A DNA stretch of 64,000 nucleotides from the human T2T-CHM13v2.0 reference genome, Homo sapiens, in assembly GCF_009914755.1 (NCBI RefSeq), contig NC_060938.1; one strand, written 5' to 3'. Made by a program: the position numbers and the translations under genes. This document shows positions 40,178-54,867 of this stretch, piece after piece. How positions within the stretch are numbered: the first letter of the stretch is position 1; each line of letters begins with the position of its first letter. Under the pieces are notes generated by a model, which saw nothing but the letters and a program-made list of their open reading frames with translations, was not told the DNA's origin and made no database searches.

Positions 40178-41869
40178 CTTTAGTGATTTTAAATATTCTT
40201 TCTCCATTGTATATTTTTTAATATCCTACTTTGTATTCTTTATTTTAAAATTTCTTAAGATACAGACTTTGATGACATTGAGAAAATGACATTACCTTAT
40301 AAATGGTTAATATACTGTTGTCTCTCCCTTTGAAAACAGTACTACTCACACCAACTTTGGAGTAATGATAGGTGCATATCTCCAAGCCACAGATATAATA
40401 GATCTATTTATAAGTATATGATATGTGATATACAGTATGTGATAGATCTAGATACGAATGCATTTTATACTGCACTATATATCTGACAGCACATGAAGAC
40501 ACGTCTATGAATGGTGTGAAAGATACAGTAAAATGTAAAAGGGCATGACTACCCAGCAGAAGGCATTTACATTTCACACTTTCACAAAGCCTTCATCACA
40601 GTGGCTGTTTAATATATGTTGTTCATGAAAAACAACCACCTGAACAAATTTATTTACTGGTATGTTTTATATTGGCCTATGTCCACTTCTGTTTAGTACT
40701 GATAAAATAATCTGGGGGACCAGAGACGAGTTATAATTCTCTACCACTTATCTTCATGATAGTAGGAGTCTGAATCTTAGTATAAAATATTTTCCCCCTA
40801 GATTTTTATGATCTTATCTTCTTAGAGTATTTTTATATTAGTATTTGGTAGATATTATAACTTTTCTATGTGGACTTTTTAATTCAGTTGATATTTCATT
40901 TTTAAATTGCCCAGTGTAGGCTCTGAAAATGACAGAACCCTATTTCAAGACCTTAGAGTTCATCATAAATTTACCCCTCCTTGATCACTTACAAGACCAA
41001 GATTTTTGGGGATTCACCACTACAGGCTATTTTAGGCTTTTCCTCTTTTATAGCATTCAAGGCTATTTCTATATTTTTTTTACTGGGTTCTAGTCATAGT
41101 CTGATATAATGTTAACCGATTGTTTTCCAGACTCAGTCTTTACAGTCTCCTAAAGGGATTTAATAAGTCCTATTAGTGAAGGGAAAAAAAAGTTTCTGAG
41201 CCAAAGGATTCCGAGTTATTTAAGAAATAACAAAATGAAAATAAAACAAATGTGCATTAACATTTAAATATAAGAAAAAAATTAAATACAAAAAAGTGTA
41301 AGTAAAAAAAGTAAGTATAAAAAAGTAGTAAAACTTTTTACAATAATACAACACTTCCAAAATTTTACAATATTTTTGCATATTCTAATTTTATGCATAA
41401 AACAAATGATATATTGTGGTACCAGTACTAATTACAACTGAGTTAACATTGTACAACAAGAAATGTAGTAATAGTTTTACATCTTTTTAAGCTTTAAAAT
41501 ATCTCTAGGATATATTTATTCCTTTCATTTTACATATGATAAAAATAAGGTAAAGAAGCATTAAGAATATGGTGCAATATTATAAAGCTAGAAAATAGCA
41601 GAATGGATTTCCTACGCAGGTTTTGTGGTGTTTTGTTTTGTTTTTTTTTTGGTTTCTTTGACCCAGATGGCACACTTTTTAAGTGTATTGCTGCTTATAG
41701 TAATACATTTACTGTGTATTATAGTTGGAGTACAGTGTGCCCTGTCCAGAAAATATGATTTTCTGGTTATCCTCTCACACACATTTTCCTATTCCTAGTA
41801 TGCAAAAAAGTCTCAGAATATTATGTTTTTCACTAAAGACGGTACCCAAGTTCCTTGCAAAGTTACTCA

Positions 41870-44800
41870 AACAACAAGAGCTCAGGCTGACTGGTACAGT
41901 TTTTCTGTAAACTGGACATTAAAATAAAAGCACAACGGGTTTTTCTTAAAGCACTAACCTGTTCTTTAACAAAAATTATAAAGGCTTAAAAAGAGTCTAT
42001 AAAAATCTTACCTTATGGTCAGACATTAAAATTGGATAAATACACCTACAAGGTTTTATTAAAATTGAGTTTAACATTAATGGCACACATTAATATAATA
42101 TAATATAATATAACATAACATTAATATAAAGGTGAAATTTAGCCTATCTGGTATAAAATCATACAGGAAGCATTGTCAAATATAAAGTGGTGTTTGGCTT
42201 TCTTTGGTCTAAAACCTAATAAAAATAGGTGCTAAAGAGAATTCAGAAGGAAAATGGATATTGCTAGACCAGAGAGAAATGTTATCCAAGTCCCTTATAA
42301 GGGAGATCTTGTTCCAACTGCATCAAGGGACCCATTGTGGGCCCCAAGCCATGTGTGACGCAGTCCTCAGAGTTTATGGGTGCATAGGAATTTATACCCT
42401 GGCCAAACAGGTTACAGACAGTTGCTTAGTAAAAGATTACCCCTTGGGGGAAGAAGTCCAGGCTTAAGGCCATTCCAAAGTATCCAGAATGATTACACAC
42501 AGATGCCTCCAATTGGTCGTCTAAAATATTTATTAGTAATAGTAGATCACCTTACTCATTGGGTAGAAGCTATTCCCTTTTCAAGTACAACTGCTAATAA
42601 TGTAGTCAAGGCATTAGTTGAAAATATTATACCCAGGTTTAAATTAATAGAAAACATTAATTCAGATAATGGGACTCATTTCACGGCACATGTCATTAAG
42701 AAATTATCCCAGGTACTGGATGTAACATGGGATTATCATACTCCCTGGCACCCATCTTCATTAGGGAAAGTAGAAAGGCCTATTACCCTGTTAAGAGTCT
42801 GAACTGCTCCCTGAAAAGACATAGGCCTATCCCCTTAAGAGATGCTTTATGGATCACCTTATCTACATTCTACTACTGATCTTCCTACATTTGAAACAAA
42901 AGATCAGTTTCTCAGAAATTATATACTTGGTTTATCTTCCATTTTATCTTCCCTCAGAACTAAAGGTCTTTTAGCACAGGTGCCACCTCTAGAGTTTCCA
43001 GTACACCAACATCAGCCTGGGGACCACGTCCCCATCAAAATTTGGAGAGAAGGAAAAGCTGGAACTGGCCTGGGAAGGACCTTACCTCATGCTCCTAACT
43101 ACTGAAATTGCAGGCTGAATAGCAGAAAAAGGATGGGCCCATTACACCCGAGTCAAGAAAGCACCACCCCCTCCAGAGTCATGGGCCATAGTCCCAGGGG
43201 AAAACCCTACCAAACTAAAGCTAAGAAAAATTTAACTTTCTTTCATCTATTCTATGATTCCTTCTTTCCTCACTCTATTGCTGACCACCTAGTTATTAAT
43301 GTAACCAAGTCCATTTCACCTCAAACTATTACATTTGATGCTTGCCTTGTTACATCCTGTGGAGACTTTTTAAGTCAAAGACAGATCTCCAGTTCAGAAA
43401 AGTACCTCTGCCCTTCCTGGCTTTTCTCAGACTGGACATTAGTGAATTGGGATCATTTAGTCTGGGAAGATTTCAACGAGGGCCCCAGCATCAGCTGGGA
43501 GTCTTGCCCCCCATAGACTGAGTTTTTATGCTGCAGTTGGTCCAACGTTCTGTGGACCACTAAAGAGAAAGAATGGGCTGCCTCAACCAGTAGTTGTAAT
43601 TTCCTAAAGCCATACATTCATTTTACTAAAGGAACAGCTTCACCTAGCTGTCAGCTAAACCAGTGCAATCCAATACAGGTTATTATCCCAAACCCTCAAA
43701 GCTCTTCCCCTTCTCTAAGTCAGTTCTCTTCTTTAAGCCAGTTTTTATGGTATGGGGGATGAGGTTTCAGGAACAGACCCTTTCAGATACTTTGAAATAT
43801 GTTTCATTGATCCCCCACCACCTACACCTTCCCCTAAGCCTTCTTCCAAAACCTCTCATAATGAAACGGTTGTTCCTCCTCCATCTAATGATAGGACCAA
43901 AGTAGACATTGTAGAAGTAAATGCTTAAAAACAAACTTTAGCAATAGAGACAGGATATCAAGATGCAAATGCCTGGTTTGAATGGATCAAATATTCCATC
44001 CGCAGGTTAAACAAAAGCAATTGTTATGCTTGAGCACACGGCAGGCCTAGATTGACCCCTTTCCACTAGGGTGGTCCTCCAGTGGGCCAGGCATGGGCTG
44101 CATGGTAGCTCTTTTCCAGGATTACACAGCCTGGGGTAACAAGCCATGTCAAGTTCTCTCTCTGCTGTATCCCGAAGTTCAACACTCTGCAGGTCAACCC
44201 CCGAAGGCCATCCAGCTTCCACCTACCCACATTAATTTCACTTCTTGTCTCTCATGACAGGGGGGAAACTTAGCATTTCTTGGAGACCTGAAAGGATGCA
44301 GTGAGCTTAAGACTTTCCAAGAGCTTACCAATCAGTCAGCCCTTGTTCATCCCCGAGCAGATGTATGGAGGTATTGTGGTGGACTCTCTGCCAAGTAACT
44401 GGAGTGGCACTTGTGCTCTAGTGCAGTTGGCTATCCCTTTCACCCTGGCATTTCATCAACTAGAAAGAGGAAAAATACAACATCGTAAAACAAGGGAAGC
44501 CCTTTATGGGTCTTCTGACTCTCACACTTATTTAGATGTAATTGGGGTCCCATGAGGAGTACCAGATAAATTTAAAGCCAGAGATCAAATAGCTGCAGGA
44601 TTTGAGTCAATATTTTGGTGGGTGAAAATGAATAAAAACATAGATTGGATAAATTACATTTATTACAACCAACAGCGGTCTATTAACTGCACTAGAGATG
44701 CTGTTAAAGGAATAGCTGAGCAATTAGGGCCTACTAGCCAGATGGCTTGGGGAAATAGAATAGCCTTTGACATAATATTAGCAGAAAGAGGAGGAGTTTG

Positions 44801-45233
44801 CATCATGATTAAAACTCAATGTTGTACCTTCATCCCAAACAACACCACCCCTGATGGAAGTACAACAAAGGCATTGCAAGATCTAACTGCCCTGTCCAAT
44901 GAGTTAGCCAAAAACTCAGGAGTGAATTATCCCTTCACAGGTGGCTAGAAAAAAGGTTCAGTAAATGGAAAGGAATCATAGCCTCAATTCTTACTTCTCT
45001 TGCAGCTGTAGTAGGTGTACTCATTCTTGTCAAGTGTTGTGTCATACCATGCATCCGTGGGCTAGTGCAAAGACTTATAGAAGCAGCATTTACTAAAACC
45101 TCCCTTAGCTCTCCTTCACCTTATTCAGATCAGCTTTTTCTTTTAGAGGATTAAGTCGAGCAGCAAAGCCAAGATATGTTAAAAAAAAAAAAGTTTGAAG
45201 AGGAAATACTATGAAAACTGAAAGGGGGAAAAT
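41870..45233 (+). mobile_element. HERV-I/HERVIP10-type (ERV1) internal sequence: integrase and env relics, 5'-truncated
   Basis: Integrase: LHQGTHCG..C and QNDYTQMP..YLLVIVDHLTHWVEA..SDNGTHF..HPSSLGKVER. Env: furin site RKTR, ISD-like SQMAWGNRIAFDIILAERGG, CX6CC (CIMIKTQCC). Many stops and frameshifts. PPT aaagggggaaaa at 45221. Confidence 0.85.
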
Positions 45234-45834
45234 TGTAGGATATCATAAATTCCTCCTCAAAGGTTTTAGCCTGTAAATTGTTAAGTACAATGAGTTCTGA
45301 GACCCTCTCCAAAGAACCAATGTATCAATATGTTCAGCTCCCCATTCTTTCCTCTTCATTTTAAAGTTGAATTTCCTTGTTCTTTATGTCTCCTTGCCCC
45401 TAGTTTCAGTAAACAACCTCCTCCTACCCTCTATCACCTGCTCTGACCTTAGTCACCCTTGTTCACCTGCTCTGATCTTCATCATCCTTGGTCACCTGCT
45501 CTGTTCGGTCTTAGTCATCCTGAGTCACCTGTTATGTAACTGTTCCCGCCAAACTACTCATCCTGCCACTCTGGCTTGTACCTCTGTTCTCTTTAAAATA
45601 GCCAATCTGAATTAGCTTAGATGTGCAGTCCAACCCTAGTCAATAGTGGAATGACACAGCAGCAGGGGCTACCTGTGTCAGGGATAAGAACCCCTTCCCC
45701 TCCCTTGTTCAGGTGTGCTCTCACCATTGCTCCATCCATGAGACACACCCTTCTATAGAAGTAAAATTGCCTTGCTGAGAAAATTCATGTTCGAGTGCTA
45801 TTTCTTTTGCAGCACCAAAAATTTATTTCCAACA
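45234..45834 (+). mobile_element. LTR10 (LTR10A-like) 3' LTR with about 29-bp internal VNTR
   Basis: TG...CA termini directly after the PPT. tcacctgctctg units start at 45434, 45463, 45492 and 45525. Confidence 0.8.
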
Positions 45835-45912
45835 CTCTCTTCTAGCTATTTTGTAATATACAGGCTACCACATATATGTGAATAGGATAGGAGATAATTG
45901 ATCATATAGAAT

Positions 45913-46126
45913 AGAGATTGGCAAATTTCTTCTGTAACAGGCCAGATATTAAATATTTAGACTTTATGAGGTGCATATAGTCTCTGTTGCATATTGTTCC
46001 TTACTGTTGCATTTTTTTCTTTTTTACATCCCTTTAAAAATATAAAAACTCTTCTTAGCTTGTGGGCCATACATACACAGACTATGACTGAGATTTGGCC
46101 CATGGAGCCATAATTTGCCAACCCTG
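45913..46126 (+). mobile_element. MER58-type hAT MITE
   Basis: ttggcaaatttcttctgtaacaggccagatattaaatattt...gatttggcccatgg...tttgccaaccctg. Confidence 0.8.
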
Positions 46127-46433
46127 GCTATAGATAATCAATTATAGTAGGGGACACAGAAAGCAAGTAAACAAGCAAACAAACAATAAGTAAGTGTTAA
46201 ACTAACAAGAAAACATCACTACCTATAACATATAAATCACTCCCAAGGGATCCCCTGTAATACTATGGTGATCCTATCTACCCTCCTCCTCCCAGAGAAC
46301 CACTGGCCTACTTTTTGTCACTTTAGATTAGTTTGAATTTTGTAGAGTTTTAGAAAATTGAAATCATACACTAAATACTAATTTTTAATCTGTTTTTCAC
46401 CCTGTCTAATCATTTTTTCAATTCATACATGGT

Positions 46434-46983
46434 CGTTACAGGAAAGGTGTCTGGATCCAGGCTCCAAGAGAGGGTTCTTGGACCTCATGCAAGAGAGAAT
46501 TCAGAGTACATAGAGTAAAGGGAAAGCAAGCTTATTAAGAAAGTAGAGGAATAAAAGAATGGCTACTCCATAGACAGAGCCACCCCGAGGGCTGCTGGTT
46601 GCCCATTTTTATGGTTATTTCTTGAGTATATGCTAAACAAGGGGTGGATTATTCATGCCTCCCCTTTTTAGACCATATAAGGTAACCTCCTGATGTTGCC
46701 ATGGCATTTGTAAAGTGTCATGGTTCTGGCAAAAGTGTAGTAGTGAGGACAACCAGAGGTCACTCTTGTCACCATCTTGATTTTGACGGGTTTTGGCTGA
46801 CTTCTTTGCTGCAAACTGTTTTATCAGCAAGGTCTTTATGACTTGTATCTTGTGCCAACTTCCTATCTCATCCTGTGACTTAGAATGCCTTAACCTTCTG
46901 GAAATGCAGTCCAGTAGATCACAGCCTTATTTTACCTAGCTCCTGTTTAAGATGGAATTGCTCTGGTTCAAACACCTCTGACA
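46434..46983 (-). mobile_element. MER41A LTR (3' LTR; PPT and internal remnant follow to about 47500)
   Basis: Reverse complement begins tgtcagaggtgtttgaaccagagcaattccatctt; 550 bp; lacks the tandem-GAS segment of MER41B at 46657/46658. Adjacent tttccccct is the antisense PPT. Confidence 0.85.
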
Positions 46984-47659
46984 TTTCCCCCTCACTTTTA
47001 TAAGAGAATCCTTAATACTAAGGGCTGCAAAGGGATGAAGATCCATCTTCTGAAACTTCTTCAGGCTGAATAGGGGTAATGATATTCCTGCCTAATTATT
47101 AGGGTCCCCTGTATTTGGGGTAGAGAGGAGCTCAGTCAGAAAGAATCAGTGTGGTGAGGGCCATTCCTAACTCTGAGTTCTGACAAAAGGTGATAACTGG
47201 GAGATTAATAAGTGTTTAATTTAAGGAAACATTGAATAAATTTATCCTACATTCCTACACAGAGAGTACAACAGCAATATATTCCACAAGAGTAAAGCAA
47301 AACAAGTAAAAATATCCAAAGTAAACTAAATTAGAAGGCTTTCCATGAACTGGGCAATTGTTGGAACCAAGCTAATATGAGATTACTAGCCAATTCCAAT
47401 ATGTGCTCAGAATTAGAAATATTGATTCAGATTTTTACATTATCCATCCCTCTTGCTTCTTCTGAACAGCAGTCAGAGATCACTGGTTGGCTTAGGAGGA
47501 TTCTTGTTAAAGGCTGGCCAAGAACTTAGCTATCAAAGGTTGGCAATAAAAAAATGAATTTGATTTCAAGGTTGCAGGGATTCTTACCAAACTGACTTAA
47601 CAGGATTTTTCACTGAAGCCTGGCTAGATAAGTCAAGAGAGTAGGGTGTTGTGTCAAAA

Positions 47660-48345
47660 GAGAACACGGGTGGCTATACTAATATCAGAAAAATTCGACT
47701 TTAAATAAAAATGTTTGCAAGAGACATAGAAGGACATGATATACTGATGAAAGGTTAAATATAGTAAGAAGATACAACAATCATAAACACTTACAAACCA
47801 TCAAAATATTTGAAGCAAAAACTGACATAATGGAAGGGAGAAATAAGCAATTCTACAATAACAGTTTAAGACTTCAATACCCTACTTTCAATATGGATAA
47901 AACAACCAGATAGAAGATAGGTAAGGAAAATAGAGGACTTAGAATAAACCAAATAGTTCTAACATATACAGAATATTTACCCAACAACAGCATACACATT
48001 CTTCTCAAGTGTATATGGGATATTTTCCAAGACAGAAAATATGTTAGGCCCAAATTAGGTCTCAGGAGATTTAAAAGATAGCTATCACAGAAAATATCTT
48101 TTCTGAACACAACTAAAGTTAGAAATCAATAACAGAAGTAAAACTGGAAAACTGACAAAATTGTGGAAATTAAATACACTCTTAAACCATCAATTAATTA
48201 AAGAAGAAACCACAGTGGAAATTAGAAAATATTTAGAGACTAATGAAAATGACAACACAACATACCAAAACTAATGGGATACAGCAAAAGCAGCACTAAA
48301 GAGAAAATTTATAGTGATAAATGTATACATTCTAAAAACAAAATG
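47660..48345 (+). mobile_element. Old L1M ORF2 endonuclease region (host; resumes at about 59700-60740)
   Basis: Ends gggatacagcaaaagcagcactaaagagaaaatttatagtgataaatgtatacatt. The colinear continuation gaaagttttcaaatcaacaacttaac lies at about 59714. Confidence 0.75.
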
Positions 48346-51124
48346 GTTTCTTTTTCAAGCTGATTAGGGAAATTACATGCCAGCTCTTCTCAGAAAGATC
48401 AAAGTTACCAGTGAATGAACAAGTTTTGAATGGAAAGTATAGAGAAGTGAGGACCTGTTGGAGTGCCCACGGGAAGAAGCTGCAGCACAGAAGAAGAATG
48501 CAGCAAGACTCTGGCTGATATCAACCTCTGAGCAACTCAGAGCTCAGCCAAAAGAGTAGGTGGAAGTTGCTTCTTTCTACACCCCTCTGAAGACCTGCCA
48601 AGTGCTAAACGGTTGGGGAGCCCCTTTGCTCTTGCTAGCCAGGGCAACACAATCAGTGATGATTAGAGAATTTCCTGAGAACACAGAACCAGTGGCCAGC
48701 TCACAAAGCCATACCCACTCTCGCCTTGGACCTGAACTGAGATGATGGGCACCATACGGGTTGTGCACCAGTGTGTCACTTTCCTTCCCAAGGATCCTCT
48801 GCCATTAAGTCACTGCACCACCAGACCACCTGAAAATATACTCCACAACCTGCTCTGACTTTGGCAAGCACAGGGGACCAGTGGGTGCCTGGGGTATTGT
48901 AGGTTCTCTGGAGATCTTACTCTCAGCACGGAGCCACCCTTTAAGGAGCCTGGGAGCACAGCCTGCCAAAGTACTCCCTGGGACAAAGGAAATACAGATG
49001 TGGCACCAACTGAGGAACGAGACAGCATCAATATGCAGGAATAATTATGAAGAAGAGGATCGTCTCCCACCTTTCATCCACTGTACACTGTTATGAATGC
49101 AGCAGCAGTTCTTCCTGCAAGAGCTGGTGAGTGTGCACTGAAAGAAAGTGATTCTTTGTGCTTTCAGCAGGTGTGGTGGATCCACCCCTGCTGAAAATGA
49201 GACTGTGTATGCTCTGGCTTTCACAAGGGGTGGGGTCCAACTCCCCCTTCCAACACAGAGTGGCAGCACCCTGACAACAGAGGATAGACTACAAAGTTGT
49301 GTGTCCTGTACTGGAGGAAGAGGTTCTACCCTGACCCTCATTATAGTGGTAGCCATCAGAGAGGCAGATCCATGGCCCACAAAGGCACTGTGCTCGGAAC
49401 TAAAGGATGAAGATTTTACAAACAAGGTCATGAGACCTGTGACAGGGATATGATAGGGAAGTAGACTGCATTTCTGCTAGTTCAGGATGAAGAGCTGGTG
49501 CACCCCTCCATCTCTTTCCTGGAGGCTTCAGGGCACTCCATCATGATCTCTTCCTGCTACCCTCATCAGTGAAAATTCATCCACTGGGCAGCAGCTTACC
49601 TGCCATATCATACTCCTAAGTGCTATATACTGGACTACAGACTGAACTGCACCATCAAATAAAAAATACATGGCTATACCAAACAATATCTGATAAAGCC
49701 ACCACACAAAACGTATCCACAACCAACATGTAGAGCCTTGTCCCCCAAGAAAAGCATTCAGAAACTAAGCCAAAAGATAATACATAACATCCACCACAGT
49801 TACACCCTCAAAGGAAAAAAAATAAAGAGCCCCATCCAAACAATGCAAATTCAAAAATAAGAAGCAACACTTTCCTCAGATGAGAAAAATCAGCATAAGA
49901 ACTCCAGCAGCACAAAAAATCACAGTGTTTCAACATCTCCAAAGGATTGTACTAGCTCCTTAGCACTGAAACCTAACCAGATTGAAATGTCTGAAATGAC
50001 AGATTAAAAATTCTAAGTATGGGTTGTAAGGAAACTCAAGATTCAAGAGGATGTTGAAATCCAATAGAAAAAGAAAACAGTAAAATGATTCAGTATATGA
50101 AAGATGACATAGGTATATTAACAAAAACCCAAACAGAACTTCTGAAATTGGAAAATTTACTACAGGAATTTCAAAATACAATCAGAAGACTTAATTGCAG
50201 ACTAGACAAGCAGAATAGAGAAAGCCAGAGCTCAAAGACCATGTTTCAAATTAACTCAGTCAGACAAAAATACAGGGAAAGAATTTAAAAAATGAACAAA
50301 GTCTTCAAGAAGTATTATATGATATTATGTTAAACAACAAAAACCTATGACTTACTGGCATTCCTGAGAAAGAAGAAGAAAGAGTAAGCAAATTGGAAAA
50401 CATATTTCAGGAAATAATTAAATAAAATTTCCCCAATCTTGTTAGAGACATTGCCATCCAGATATAAGAAATTATATATAAGAAATAAAAACTACTGAGA
50501 GATACTAAACAATATGACCATTCCCAAGGCAAATAGTCATCAGACTATTCATGATTAATGTGAAATAAAAAAAAAATCTCAAAGGAAGCTAGAGAAAAGG
50601 GCCAAATTACCCATAAAGGGAATACCATCAGACTAATGGTGGACATCTCAGCAGAAACCTTATAAGCCAGAAGAGATTGGGGGTCTATTTTTAACATTTT
50701 GAAAGAAAACATAAATGCCAACCAAGAATTATACATCCCACCAAACTAAACTTTATAAACAAAGAAGAACTAATGTCTTTTCTAGACAAGCAAATGCTAA
50801 GGGAATTTGTTACCACCAAATCAGTCCTACAAAAATTTTTAAAAGAGTTCTAAAAATGGAAATGAAAGAATGATACTTGTTATCATAAAAGCACACATAA
50901 GTATAAAGCTAACAGACCCTATAAAGCAACTACACAATCAAGATTACAAAGAAACTACCTAACGACACTACAACAGAACAAACTCTTACATAAAAATATT
51001 AACCTTGAATGTAAACAGCTTAATTGCTGAATTTAAAAGATAGAGTGGCAAATCGGATAAGAAAACAAGACACAACCTTCTGTTGCCTTCAAAAGACCCA
51101 TCACACATGTAATGACACCAGTAG

Positions 51125-51520
<396 letters not shown>

Positions 51521-52212
51521 TAAAACAGACTTTAAACCAATAATAGTAACAGAGACAAAGAAGGGCATTATATAATAATAAAGGACTCAATTCAATAAGA
51601 AGATTTAAGTGTCCTGCATACATATGCATCCAACATCAGAGCACCCAGATTTATTAAAAAACTACTACTAGATGTAAGAAAAGATACAGATAGCCATGCA
51701 ATAATGGTGGAGGACTTCCACACACCACTGACAATATTAGACATACCATCAAGGCAGAAAACTCACAAAGAAATTCTTGACTTAAACTGTACACTTGACC
51801 AAATGGACTGAATAGACATCTACAGATACTTCACCCCAAAACCACAGAGTATGCATTCTTCTCATCTATGCAGGGAACATTCTTTAAGATTGGCCACATG
51901 CTCAGTTATAAAGTAAGTCTTAATAAATTCAAAAAAAAAATCAAAATCATGCAAAGCATCTTCTCAGACAACAATGGAATAAAATTAGAAATCAATACCA
52001 AGAGAAAATCTCAAAACCACACAAATACATGGAAACTAAACAACCTGCTCCTGAATGACTGTCAGATAAACTAGGAAATTAAGGTAGAAATCAAAAAGTT
52101 CTTTGAAATAAATAAAATTTGAGACACAACATACTAAAACCTCTAAGGAGTAGTGAAAGCAGTGATACAAGGAAAGTTTATAGTGGTAAACTTCTACCAT
52201 CAAGAAGACAGA

Positions 52213-52516
<304 letters not shown>

Positions 52517-54597
52517 TAGAAGATAGAAAGATCACAAATAAATAACCTTTCCTTGCCTCTAAAGGGACTAGAAAAATATGAGCAAGCTAAACAAAGTTAG
52601 CAGAAAAAAAAACTAAGATCAGAACAGAAGTCAATAAAATTCAGACCACAGGAAAATACAAAGAATCAATAAAACAAAAAGTTGGTTATTTGAAAGGCTA
52701 AACAAGAATGATAGAGGATTAGCTAGGTTAATAAAGAAAAGAGAGAGAAGATCCAAATAAGCAAAATCAGAAATGACAAAGATGACATTACAACTGATAC
52801 TACAGAAATACAAAGGATCCCCAGAGATTACTATGAACATCTTTATGTGCACAAATTAGAAAATCTAGAGGAAATTGATACATTCCTGGAAATACACAGT
52901 GTTATAAGATTGAACCAAGAAGAAATGGAAACCCATAACAGACCAATAATGAGTTACAAAATTGAATCAGAAAAAAAAAAAATCCCTACCAACCAAGAAA
53001 ATCTCTGGACCAGATGGATTCACAGCCAAATTCTACCAGACATAAAAAGAAGAGATGGTACTAATCCTAATAAAACTATTATCCCAAATTGAGGAGGAGA
53101 TATTCCTACCTAACTCCTTCTATGAAACCAATATTATTCTGATACCAAAATCTGGCAAGGACACAACAAAAAAAAAAGGAAAAGAAAACTATAGACCAAT
53201 GTCCCTGATGAACACAGATGCAAAACTGCTCAACAAAATGCTAGCAAACTGAATATAGCAGCACATCAAAAAGATAATTTATTATGATCAGCTGGGCTTT
53301 ATTCCTGGAATATAAGGAGAGTTCAACATATGAAAATCAATAGAGGTGATTTACCATATAAAAAGAATTAAAAACAAAAACCATACGATCATCCTAATAG
53401 ACACAAATAAAGCACTTGATAACATTCAACATCCTTTCATGCTAAAAATCCTCAACAAACTAGGCATCAAAGAAATGTAATAAGAGCTGCCTATCAGAAA
53501 AGGAGAGCCAACATTATATTGAACAGGCAAAAGTTGAAAGAATTTTCCCAAAACTTGAAATAAGACAAGGATTTCCACTCTCATGATTCCTATTTAATAG
53601 AGTACTAAAAGCCCTAACCAGAACAAACAGGAAAGAGAAAGAAATGAAAGTCATCCAAATTAGAAAAAAAAAGTCAAATTATCTTTGTTCGCTGATTACA
53701 ATTCTACACCTAGAAAACACTGAAGATTTCTCCAAAATAATCCTAGATCTGATAAACAACTTTAGTAAAGTTCAGTCAACATACAAAAATAAGTAGCATT
53801 TATAAACACCAATAACATTCAAGCTGAGAAACAAAGCAAGAACATAATTTCATTTACTATAAGAAAAAATAAAATACCTAGGAATATATTTAATCAAAGA
53901 GATGAAAGATTTTTGCAAGGAGAACTTCCAAACACTGATGAAAGAAATTATAATTGACACAAACAAATGGAAAAACATTGCGTGCTCATAAATTGGAGGA
54001 ATCAATATAATTTAAATAGCCATACTGCCCAAAGCAATCAACAGATTTAACACAATTCCCATCAAATTAACAACATCATTTTTTTCAGAATTAGAAAAAA
54101 CAATCTTAAAATTCATACAGAATCAAAAAGAGCCCAAATAGCCAATGCAATTCTAAGCAAAAAAACAAGGCTGAAGACATCACATTACCTGACTTTAAAC
54201 TGTAATACAAGGCTCTAGTAACCAATACAGCCTGGTATTGGTAAAAAATAGACATGTAGATCATGAGAACAAAAGAGAGAACCCAGAAATAAAGCCTCAC
54301 ACCTATAACCAACTGATATTCATCAAACTTGACAAAAATTAACAATGGGGAAAGGACACCCTATTCAATAAATTGTGCTGAAATAACAGGCTAACCATAT
54401 ACAGAAGAATGAACCAGGACGAGTACCTCTAACAATATACAAAAATCAACTCAATGTGGATTAAATACTTAAATGTAAGACCTCAAAGTATAAAAATTCT
54501 AGGAGAAAGCCTAGGAAAATATCTTTGGGATATTGGCCTAGGCAAATAATTTATAACTCAGACCTCAAAAGCATATGCAACAAAAATAAAAATTGGC

Positions 54598-54867
54598 ATC
54601 CCAGCACTTTGGGAGGCCAAGGCTGGTGGATCATCTGAGGTCACGAGTTCAAGACCAGCCTGGCCAACATAGTGAAACCCCATCTCTACTAAAAATACAA
54701 AAGTTAGCCAGGTGTGGTGGTGGCCGCCTATAGTCCCAGCTACCCAGGAGGCCGAGGCAGGAGAATCGCTTGAACTTGGGGTCGGAGGTTGCAGTGAGCC
54801 AAGATCAGGCCACTGCACTCCAGCCTGGACAACAAGAGCAAAACTCTGTCTCTAAATAAATAAACAA
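54598..54867 (+). mobile_element. 5'-truncated AluSq-like
   Basis: Begins atcccagcactttgggagg and ends acaagagcaaaactctgtctc + (AAAT)n. Confidence 0.88.

Noticed and set aside
43200-45100. Co-opted syncytin-like env gene
   Set aside because: The env frame is broken by many stops and frameshifts; only fragments remain.
46241-46250. Second perfect O/E motif TCCCAAGGGA
   Set aside because: It sits in repeat-derived DNA between MER58 and MER41, downstream of the OR gene and without supporting promoter context; probably chance.
46434-46983. Interferon-inducible MER41 enhancer
   Set aside because: The LTR lacks the tandem GAS segment of MER41B (it reads attcatg|cctcccc at 46657), and the remaining candidate TTTCCAGAA is not a canonical TTCNNNGAA.
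48560-49722. Cluster of overlapping 60-128 aa ORFs
   Set aside because: They lie in the GC-richer L1PB 5'UTR, where stops are rarer, and show no recognisable protein motifs.
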